This document shows positions 47,364 to 54,292 of a stretch of 64,000 nt of DNA, in pieces. Under the pieces are notes generated by a model. The model was not told the origin of the DNA and did not search any database. It saw only the letters and a list, made by a program, of their open reading frames with translations. Source of the DNA: Bacteroidales bacterium. Lineage in GTDB: Bacteria > Bacteroidota > Bacteroidia > Bacteroidales > UBA3663. Every line of letters begins with the position of its first letter. Within the stretch, counting starts at the first letter, position 1. The translations under genes and the position numbers were made by a program. Location of the stretch: the NCBI GenBank assembly GCA_045627865.1, contig JAZQOK010000004.1, positions 6,663 to 70,662 of the forward strand. Direction: 5' to 3'.

Positions 47364-50198
47364 ATGAATTTTCGTTTCCTGTTGACCGTCATGTTGGCTG
47401 CGACAGCCATGTTGACTAATGCCCAATCCAAGTACACGATCAAGGGCTCTGTTATCGACAAAGAGACCAACGAGGCGCTGATGGGTGCAAACATCCAGGT
47501 GCTTGCTTTGCCTGACAGTACGCTTAAGACCGGCGCCATGGCCGACGATATGGGCGCCTTTACCATTCACAATTTGAACAAGGCTAAGTATGTGCTCAAG
47601 GTTTCGTTTATGGGTTACATTACCCGTACCATCCCGCTCAACCTGGCCGAGAAGAAATCGCACCAGGTGGATCTGGGTTATCTGACCCTGAACAGCGACA
47701 GCAAGATGCTACAGGAGGCTGTGGTGACGACAGCCGTGGCCAGGGTGCAGGTGTCGGGCGACTCCATCCAATTCAATGCTGCTGCCTACCGCACGCCCCA
47801 GGGTTCGACACTCGAGGCTTTGGTCAAGCAGTTGCCGGGTGCTGAGGTGGACGATGACGGCAACATCACCATCAATGGTAAGACCGTCAGCAAGATCTTG
47901 GTGGATGGCAAGGAGTTCTTCCTGAACGACAAGACCATCGCCATGAAGAATATCCCCGTCGATATCATCGATAAGATCAAGGCCTACGACAAGAAGAGCG
48001 ATATGGCCCGTATCACCGGTGTGGACGATGGTGAGGAGGAGACCGTACTCGACCTTTCGGTCAAGAAGGGCATGAAGAACGGTTGGTTCGGTAATGCTAC
48101 CGCTGGCGTTGGTACAGAGCATCGATACAATGCCCGTGGCTTAGTGAACCACTTCAACGATAATGCCAACGTCTCTGTTTTGGGCAATGGCCGTAATGTG
48201 CCGGATCGTCAGGGCTGGCGTCGTGCCAATGGCTTGAATAGCCACAAGGAGGGAGGCATGAACTTCGCTTCGAAGAATGTCAACATGGAAACCGGTGGCT
48301 CGGTAACCTATAAATACGACGGCTCGGATCTGTTGAGCGAATCGAACACGCAGGAGCTGAATGCCATCGAAGGCGCTTACAAGAAGAGCCGCAGCCAATC
48401 GTTTGGCAGCAACAACGGCCTCGATGCCCAGTTCAAGATGGAGTGGCGTCCGGATTCGATGACCACCATCCTGTTCCGTCCGAACTTCAGCTACAACCAG
48501 AAGAATAGCATGGCAGTCAGCCGCAACGGTTCCTACAACGAGGATGTTGCCAACATGGATCAGGAGGAGATCGAGGCTCTGGTCGAGGCTGTGCTGCAGA
48601 GCCGTCGCCGTTCGCAGTCGCATACCAATACGACCAATGCTTCGGGCGAATTGCAATGGACACGTAAGTTCCACAAGCCGGGACGAAATGTGACCTTACG
48701 CGTGAATGGAGACTACTCACATAGCGAGAGCAAGGACCTCTCGGCTGCCTATATGCTGGATAACGACAAGGCGGCTCCGGTGCTGAATAACCGCTATAAC
48801 CTCACACCATCCTACAATTATCATCTGACCGGTATGTTCGTGTATAGCGAGCCTATTGCCGACCGTCTCTATTTGAACTTCACCTATCGTTATACCTACG
48901 GCTACAGCAAGAGCGACCGTCAGGCATTCGTCTATGCCCCAGAGGCTTATACTGCTTTGGCTGACCAACTGTTGTCCAGCCGCTATGATGTGGAGGAGGT
49001 GCTGCGAGTGATGCGTGAGGCAGATTACAAGATGCGCGATTCGCTCGAGTTGAGCCGCTTCTCGGAGTACCGTAACTACAACCAGCGTATCGGTTTGCAG
49101 TTGCGTCAGGTGCGCGAGAAGTATAATGCTACCGTTGGTGTCAATGCCTTCCCTCAGCGCACTCAGCTTGACTATCGCTATATGGGTAAGGAGTTCCCTG
49201 AGGTGAGCCGTCAGGTGCTGAATTTTGCCCCTTACATGAACATGAAGGTGAACTTCAGCAAGACTACCAACCTGCAGATGCGTTACAATGGCCGCTCGCG
49301 TCAGCCTTCGATGACTGACCTGCTCGACATCTACGACGATTCGAACCCGGAACGCATTACTCGTGGTAATTCGGGCCTGAAACCTTCGTTCGAACACTCA
49401 TGGAACGCTAACTACAACGGCTACAAGCCCGAGACACAGCGTGGCCTCTGGAGCTGGTTCTATGGTAGCGCTACCCGCAACAGTTTCGCCAACAAGCAGA
49501 CCTATTGCAAGAGTGGTGTGACCATTACTGAACCTATCAACATCAACGGCAACTGGAACATGGGTGGCGGTTTGGGCGCCAACATCGGCTTGGGCAAGGA
49601 GAAGCATTGGTCCGTGGGCGGTAATGTGGGAGGCGGTTTTACGCAGAATGTGGGTATTTTCGCCAATATTGATTCTATCGGAGATCCTGGTATCGATACC
49701 AAGACCATTACCCGCACGTCTCGTTTTAATGTGCGTTCGAATGTGGCTTACCGCAACGAATTTGTGAGCGTGGAGGTGTTGGGTAACTTCAACGAGGAGT
49801 ATGCTCGCAACAATGTGAACAAGTCGGCCAACCGTAATGCCCAGAACTTCTGGTATGGTACCGATATGCGTTTTAATATGCCTTGGAACATGGAGATTGC
49901 CACCGATCTGCGTATGAACAGTCGTCGTGGCTATGTCCAAAAGGATATGAATACCGACGAACTGCTCTGGAATGCCTCCATCTCGCAATCGTTCCTCAAG
50001 GGAAATGCCTTGACCATCAAGGGCGAGATCTACGACATTCTGGGACAACAGACAGCCATCAGCCGTTCGGTTTCGGCCAATGCCATTAGCGACTCGCGCA
50101 CGAACAGTATTTATCAGTATGGATTGATCAGCGTAATCTACCGTTTCTCAGTCTTTGCTGGCAAGAATACAATGGGTACTGCGCAAGAGAGGAGGTAA
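47364..50198 (+). CDS. TonB-dependent-receptor-like outer-membrane beta-barrel protein with an N-terminal carboxypeptidase-regulatory-like domain
   Basis: 944 aa with a signal peptide. The N-terminus is KYTIKGSVIDKETNEALMGANIQVL.... A plug-like region (...GSTLEALVKQLPGAEVDDDGNITINGK) is followed by a long beta-rich C-terminus. Confidence 0.75.
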   Translation: MNFRFLLTVMLAATAMLTNAQSKYTIKGSVIDKETNEALMGANIQVLALPDSTLKTGAMADDMGAFTIHNLNKAKYVLKVSFMGYITRTIPLNLAEKKSHQVDLGYLTLNSDSKMLQEAVVTTAVARVQVSGDSIQFNAAAYRTPQGSTLEALVKQLPGAEVDDDGNITINGKTVSKILVDGKEFFLNDKTIAMKNIPVDIIDKIKAYDKKSDMARITGVDDGEEETVLDLSVKKGMKNGWFGNATAGVGTEHRYNARGLVNHFNDNANVSVLGNGRNVPDRQGWRRANGLNSHKEGGMNFASKNVNMETGGSVTYKYDGSDLLSESNTQELNAIEGAYKKSRSQSFGSNNGLDAQFKMEWRPDSMTTILFRPNFSYNQKNSMAVSRNGSYNEDVANMDQEEIEALVEAVLQSRRRSQSHTNTTNASGELQWTRKFHKPGRNVTLRVNGDYSHSESKDLSAAYMLDNDKAAPVLNNRYNLTPSYNYHLTGMFVYSEPIADRLYLNFTYRYTYGYSKSDRQAFVYAPEAYTALADQLLSSRYDVEEVLRVMREADYKMRDSLELSRFSEYRNYNQRIGLQLRQVREKYNATVGVNAFPQRTQLDYRYMGKEFPEVSRQVLNFAPYMNMKVNFSKTTNLQMRYNGRSRQPSMTDLLDIYDDSNPERITRGNSGLKPSFEHSWNANYNGYKPETQRGLWSWFYGSATRNSFANKQTYCKSGVTITEPININGNWNMGGGLGANIGLGKEKHWSVGGNVGGGFTQNVGIFANIDSIGDPGIDTKTITRTSRFNVRSNVAYRNEFVSVEVLGNFNEEYARNNVNKSANRNAQNFWYGTDMRFNMPWNMEIATDLRMNSRRGYVQKDMNTDELLWNASISQSFLKGNALTIKGEIYDILGQQTAISRSVSANAISDSRTNSIYQYGLISVIYRFSVFAGKNTMGTAQERR

Positions 50199-50286
50199 AA
50201 TTATCCTAAAATGGGCAAAAATGAAGAAAAATGCCCGAAATTTGAAAAAAACTTTGAATTTTTGTTGGAGATATGAAAATAATCCA

Positions 50287-50294
50287 TATCTTTG
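50287..50294 (+). promoter_or_regulatory. Bacteroidota -7 promoter box (TAnnTTTG) for the trp operon leader
   Basis: TATCTTTG lies 29 nt upstream of the leader-peptide ATG. Confidence 0.55.
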
Positions 50295-50322
50295 CACCCG
50301 AAAAATTAAAAATCAAAACAAA

Positions 50323-50364
50323 ATGACAATAGTAAGCGCATATTGGTGGTGGCGTTGCTCATAA
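50323..50364 (+). CDS. trp operon leader peptide (13 aa, three consecutive Trp codons)
   Basis: ATG ACA ATA GTA AGC GCA TAT TGG TGG TGG CGT TGC TCA TAA translates to MTIVSAYWWWRCS. It lies between the promoter box and an intrinsic terminator, 125 nt upstream of trpB. Confidence 0.75.
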   Translation: MTIVSAYWWWRCS

Positions 50365-50414
50365 CTTAATCGTTGTGGGTTGCAACCCTATGCACTTAAA
50401 GCAATATAGAAAAG

Positions 50415-50449
50415 GGCTTGCGAGACACAGCGTCTTGCGAGCCTTTTTT
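50415..50449 (+). terminator. Intrinsic (attenuator) terminator in the trp leader
   Basis: 12-bp stem GGCTTGCGAGAC / GTCTTGCGAGCC with two G-U pairs and the 5-nt loop ACAGC. It is followed by T6, 40 nt upstream of the trpB ATG. Confidence 0.75.
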
Positions 50450-50488
50450 GTTTAATTTTAATTCCGGACAATCCGGGTTAATAAGATT

Positions 50489-51682
50489 ATGAAAACTTAT
50501 AACGTTGATGAAAACGGCTACTATGGCCAGTTCGGTGGAGCCTACATTCCAGAGATTCTCTACAAGACCGTCGAGGATCTGAAGAAGGCTTATTTGCCAA
50601 TTATTGAGAGCAAGGAGTTCCAGGATGAATATCGTGCCCTTTTGAAGGACTATGTGGGCCGTCCGTCGCCACTCTATTTCGCTAAGCGAATGAGCGAGAA
50701 GTATGGTTGTCAGCTCTACCTGAAACGTGAGGACTTGAACCATACCGGAGCACACAAGATCAATAATGCCATCGGACAGATTCTGATTGCCAAGAAGATG
50801 GGCAAGAAGCGTATCGTGGCTGAGACCGGTGCCGGACAGCATGGTGTGGCTACCGCTACCGTATGTGCGCTGATGGATATTCCTTGTCGTGTCTATATGG
50901 GTGCCACGGATGTGGCTCGTCAGCGTCCGAATGTGGAGCGTATGCGTATGCTGGGTGCTGAGGTTTTCCCTGTCGAGAGCGGCAACAAGACCCTCAAGGA
51001 TGCGACCAATGAGGCTATTCGCGACTGGTGCTGCCATCCAGCCGATACATTCTATATTATTGGTTCGACCGTAGGCCCACACCCTTATCCTGACATGGTG
51101 GCTCGTCTGCAGGCAATCATCAGCGAGGAGATCAAGTGGCAACTCCAGGAGAAGATCGGTCGTGACTATCCGGATTACCTGATGGCTTGTGTGGGCGGTG
51201 GTTCGAATGCTGCCGGTACCATCTACCACTACATCGACGACGAACGTGTGAAACTCGTGCTCGGTGAAGCTGGCGGTATGGGTTATGAGACAGCCGAAAC
51301 AGCCGCTTCGATCACCATCGGTACAGTAGGTATCCTGCACGGTAGCCGCATCAAACTCATGCAAACCGAGGATGGTCAGATCATCGAACCTTATTCCATC
51401 TCTGCCGGTTTGGATTATCCAGGCACAGGTCCAATCCATTGTAATCTGGCTGATCAGGGTCGCGCCAAGGTATTGCCTATCAACGACGATGAGGCGCTTC
51501 GTGCAGCCTTCGAGTTGACCCGCATGGAGGGTATCATCCCAGCACTTGAATCCAGCCATGCTTTGGCCATGTTGCCTAAGATGAAGCATCTCTTCAAGCC
51601 TGAGGATGTAGTCGTACTGACTGTCTCTGGCCGTGGCGACAAGGACCTTGAAACCTACTTGAAGCACAAAGAGACCCTCTAA
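50489..51682 (+). CDS. trpB: Tryptophan synthase beta chain
   Basis: 397 aa. GQFGGAYIPE...LNHTGAHKINNA (PLP-Lys)...GGGSNA. Confidence 0.95.
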   Translation: MKTYNVDENGYYGQFGGAYIPEILYKTVEDLKKAYLPIIESKEFQDEYRALLKDYVGRPSPLYFAKRMSEKYGCQLYLKREDLNHTGAHKINNAIGQILIAKKMGKKRIVAETGAGQHGVATATVCALMDIPCRVYMGATDVARQRPNVERMRMLGAEVFPVESGNKTLKDATNEAIRDWCCHPADTFYIIGSTVGPHPYPDMVARLQAIISEEIKWQLQEKIGRDYPDYLMACVGGGSNAAGTIYHYIDDERVKLVLGEAGGMGYETAETAASITIGTVGILHGSRIKLMQTEDGQIIEPYSISAGLDYPGTGPIHCNLADQGRAKVLPINDDEALRAAFELTRMEGIIPALESSHALAMLPKMKHLFKPEDVVVLTVSGRGDKDLETYLKHKETL

Positions 51683-51700
51683 ATCTCCCTTTAGGGAGAC
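51673..51700 (+). repeat. Degenerate short-form palindromic element spanning the trpB stop
   Basis: GACCCTCTAAA-TCTCCC-TTT-AGGGAGA-C is followed by TTTTT. The GACCCTCT terminus is shared with the family. Confidence 0.5.
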
Positions 51701-51728
51701 TTTTTGGAAGTTACATAAGAACTAAGAA

Positions 51729-53174
51729 ATGACAATGTTCAAATATCATACAGCATCGAAAACGATACTTGGCGATCTTTGTACTCCGGTATCTGTATAT
51801 CTGAAGGTCCGCGATGCCTATCCGCAGTCGGCTCTGATGGAGTCGAGCGATTATCATGGGGGCGAAAATGCCAAGTCCTTCATCGGCTTGCATCCGATTG
51901 CCAGCGTTTCGATCGCACATGGCGTAGGTATTGCCAAGTTCCCCGATGGAACCGAGATCTCGCACCCAATCACCAAGGAATATGGTTCGGCTCAGGTGAT
52001 CAACGACTTCCTGGCTTCGTTCGAGGTATCGGGCGAAAAGAGCAACTACTGCGGTTTGTTCGGCTATACTTCGTTCAACGCAGTACGTTATTTCGAAAAC
52101 ATCAACGTGAAGGATGAGACCCAGTCGGAGAATGATGCACCTGATCTGCTCTATATATTATATAAAGATGTAGTGGTGTTCGACCATTTCCGCAACGAAA
52201 TGATCCTGATCGAGCTCTTGAGCGAGGGCGAGGAGGATGACCTGGATCAGTTGGAACGTGACTGCCAGAGCCGTGCTTATCAGACCTACGATTTCCATCC
52301 GGTGGGTGACTATTGGTCAACTTTGACCGACGACGAACATCGTGCCAACATCCGCAAGGGAATCCAGCATTGTCTGCGTGGTGATGTGTTCCAGATTGTT
52401 CTGTCGCGACGTTTCAAGCAGAAGTACGAGGGCGATGACTTCAAACTCTACCGTGCGTTGCGTAGCATCAACCCAAGTCCATATCTGTTCTACTTTGATT
52501 TCGGCGGCTTCCGTATCTTCGGCTCAAGTCCTGAGACCCATTGCCGTATAGAAAAGACCCCCCTGCCCCCTTTAGGGGGAGAAGGAACCTCCCAGACAAG
52601 ATATACCGCCTACATCGATCCGATTGCGGGTACAACCAAACGTACTGGTAATGCGGAGCAGGACCGACAGAATGCCCTCTATCTGAAGAATGATCCGAAG
52701 GAGAATGCCGAGCATGTGATGCTGGTGGATCTGGCTCGTAATGACCTGAGCCGTAACTGCCATGGTGTGCATGTGGACTTCTACAAGGATATGCAGTTCT
52801 ACAGTCATGTGATTCACTTGGTGAGTCGTGTGAGTGGCGAGTTGGACGAAGGTGCTGATCCAATCAAGGCCTTCATCGATACTTTCCCTGCAGGAACCCT
52901 GAGTGGCGCTCCTAAGGTTCGAGCCATGCAGCTCATTAGCGAATATGAACCACACAACCGTGGCGCTTATGGCGGCTGTATCGGATTCATCGGCTTCGAC
53001 AAGAGCCTCAATCAGGCCATCACGATCCGCACTTTCGTGTCTCGCAACAACGAACTCTGGTTCCAGGCGGGTGGCGGTATCGTTGCCAAGAGCGATGTAG
53101 AATATGAACTTCAGGAGGTGAACAATAAGTTGGGTGCCCTCCGTAAGGCAATCTTAATGGCAGAGAAGCTATAG
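51729..53174 (+). CDS. trpE: Anthranilate synthase component I
   Basis: 481 aa. LVDLARNDLSR, GTLSGAPKVRAMQLI and GGGIVAKSD are present. It contains an in-frame palindromic-element insertion at 52556-52581. Confidence 0.95.
   Translation: MTMFKYHTASKTILGDLCTPVSVYLKVRDAYPQSALMESSDYHGGENAKSFIGLHPIASVSIAHGVGIAKFPDGTEISHPITKEYGSAQVINDFLASFEVSGEKSNYCGLFGYTSFNAVRYFENINVKDETQSENDAPDLLYILYKDVVVFDHFRNEMILIELLSEGEEDDLDQLERDCQSRAYQTYDFHPVGDYWSTLTDDEHRANIRKGIQHCLRGDVFQIVLSRRFKQKYEGDDFKLYRALRSINPSPYLFYFDFGGFRIFGSSPETHCRIEKTPLPPLGGEGTSQTRYTAYIDPIAGTTKRTGNAEQDRQNALYLKNDPKENAEHVMLVDLARNDLSRNCHGVHVDFYKDMQFYSHVIHLVSRVSGELDEGADPIKAFIDTFPAGTLSGAPKVRAMQLISEYEPHNRGAYGGCIGFIGFDKSLNQAITIRTFVSRNNELWFQAGGGIVAKSDVEYELQEVNNKLGALRKAILMAEKL
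52556..52581 (+). repeat. GC-rich palindromic element, short form, inside the trpE coding sequence
   Basis: GACCCCCCTGCCCCC-TTTA-GGGGGAG is translated as (K)TPLPPLGGE. It is almost identical to the copy at 46448-46474. Confidence 0.85.
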
Positions 53175-53223
53175 ACCCTCTCCGCCCCACAAGGGGGCAC
53201 CTCCCCCTTAATGGGGAGGGGAG
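53174..53223 (+). repeat. GC-rich palindromic element, subtype 1, overlapping the trpE TAG stop
   Basis: (TA)GACCCTCTCCGCCCCACAAGGGGGCACCTCCCCC-TTAA-TGGGGAGGGGAG. It is about 90% identical to 9988-10032. Confidence 0.9.
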
Positions 53224-53273
53224 TATGGTTGATGCTGGCAAGAGGGAAATATAGTTGAATTATAAATAAAAAT

Positions 53274-53930
53274 TTGATGAATAATAACGACAATAAAATA
53301 CAAACTATTTCTCCCTCCCCATTAAGGGGGAGGGCTGGGGAGAGGGTCTCAGTCGTCATCATCGACAACTACGATTCGTTTACCTACAACCTCTCGCACC
53401 TGGTCAAGGAGCTTGGTGCCGAAGTGACTGTGTATCGTAACGATCAGTTCCAGATGGAGCAGTTGGAAGCTTTCGACAAGATCATCCTTTCTCCAGGCCC
53501 AGGCATTCCATGTGAGGCAGGATTGTTGCTCGACGTGATTAAGGCATACGCCGGCAAGAAACCAATTCTGGGCGTTTGTCTCGGACATCAGGCCATCGGC
53601 GAGAGCTTCGGCGGCACGTTGACCAACATCGGACAGGTCATGCATGGTGTGGCAACTCCATGTCACATCACTAAAGATGACTATCTCTTCGAGGGTTTGT
53701 CTAAGGATCTTGAGATTGGCCGTTACCACTCGTGGGTAGTTGATCAGCAGAACTTCCCGGATTGCCTGGAGGTAACCTCCGTGTCGGACGAGGGTTACAT
53801 CATGTCGCTCCGTCACAAGGAATACGACATCCGTGGCATCCAGTATCATCCTGAGTCTGTATTGACTCCTGATGGCAAGGCTATATTGAAGAATTGGCTA
53901 TATGGACCCTCCCCCGAACCCCTCCCATAA
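53274..53930 (+). CDS. trpG: Anthranilate synthase component II (glutamine amidotransferase)
   Basis: 218 aa. The core is VVIIDNYDSFTYNL...GVCLGHQAIG...IQYHPES. The first ~25 and last 8 codons are encoded by palindromic-element sequence. Confidence 0.9.
   Translation: MMNNNDNKIQTISPSPLRGRAGERVSVVIIDNYDSFTYNLSHLVKELGAEVTVYRNDQFQMEQLEAFDKIILSPGPGIPCEAGLLLDVIKAYAGKKPILGVCLGHQAIGESFGGTLTNIGQVMHGVATPCHITKDDYLFEGLSKDLEIGRYHSWVVDQQNFPDCLEVTSVSDEGYIMSLRHKEYDIRGIQYHPESVLTPDGKAILKNWLYGPSPEPLP
53311..53348 (-). repeat. GC-rich palindromic element, subtype 1, reverse orientation, inside the trpG 5' coding region
   Basis: CTCCCTCCCC-ATTAA-GGGGGAGGG-CTGGGGAGAGGGTC. It is the inverted partner of 53174-53223. 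Confidence 0.9.
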
Positions 53931-53950
53931 TGGAGGGGAGAGGTTTGAAA
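53905..53950 (+). repeat. GC-rich palindromic element, subtype 2, containing the trpG stop codon
   Basis: GACCCTCCCCCGAACCCCTCCC-ATAATG-GAGGGGAGAGGTTTGAAA. The TAA stop (53928-53930) lies in the hairpin loop. The GAGAGGTTTGAAA tail is shared with 56278-56321. Confidence 0.9.
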
Positions 53951-54022
53951 CGTGTGGTCGAATTCCTAATGGAGCAATCCAATACCTAAATAATTAACAA
54001 TTGACAATTAATAATTAACAAT

Positions 54023-54094
54023 GTTACCAATCCCCCGATAGCAATAGGTAACTGCTCCCTCCCCCTAAAGGGGGTCGGGGGTCCGGGGTGGGTC
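54023..54094 (-). repeat. GC-rich palindromic element, long subtype, ending 3 nt before ATG 54098
   Basis: GTTACCAATCCCCCGATAGCAATAGGTAAC-TGCTCCCTCCCCC-TAAA-GGGGG-TCGGGGGTCCGGGGTGGGTC. It is about 90% identical to 56388-56461. Confidence 0.95.
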
Positions 54095-54097
54095 TTT

Positions 54098-54292
54098 ATG
54101 AAACAATTTTTCTGCAATTTGCTAGCTACAGTAGTTTGCTTTTCTGTTGGCTTTGTGATCATTCACTATTTGTTCGTTTGGTTCGGTTGGAGTCAGTCAG
54201 AACCACTCCTCAATACTTTGGCTTATGGTGCAGGAATGGGTGTGTTATACCAGATTACCATTAGTCTATATTATTTAATCAAGAAAAAATGA
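54098..54292 (+). CDS. Small two-TM membrane protein of unknown function embedded in the trp operon
   Basis: 64 aa: MKQFFCNLLATVVCFSVGFVIIHYLFVWFGWSQSEPLLNTLAYGAGMGVLYQITISLYYLIKKK. Its stop overlaps the trpD start (ATGA at 54289-54292). Confidence 0.5.
   Translation: MKQFFCNLLATVVCFSVGFVIIHYLFVWFGWSQSEPLLNTLAYGAGMGVLYQITISLYYLIKKK

Noticed and set aside
50396-51667. 423-aa ORF on the minus strand
   Set aside because: It is antisense to trpB and has no domain signature. It would also run through the trp attenuator terminator.
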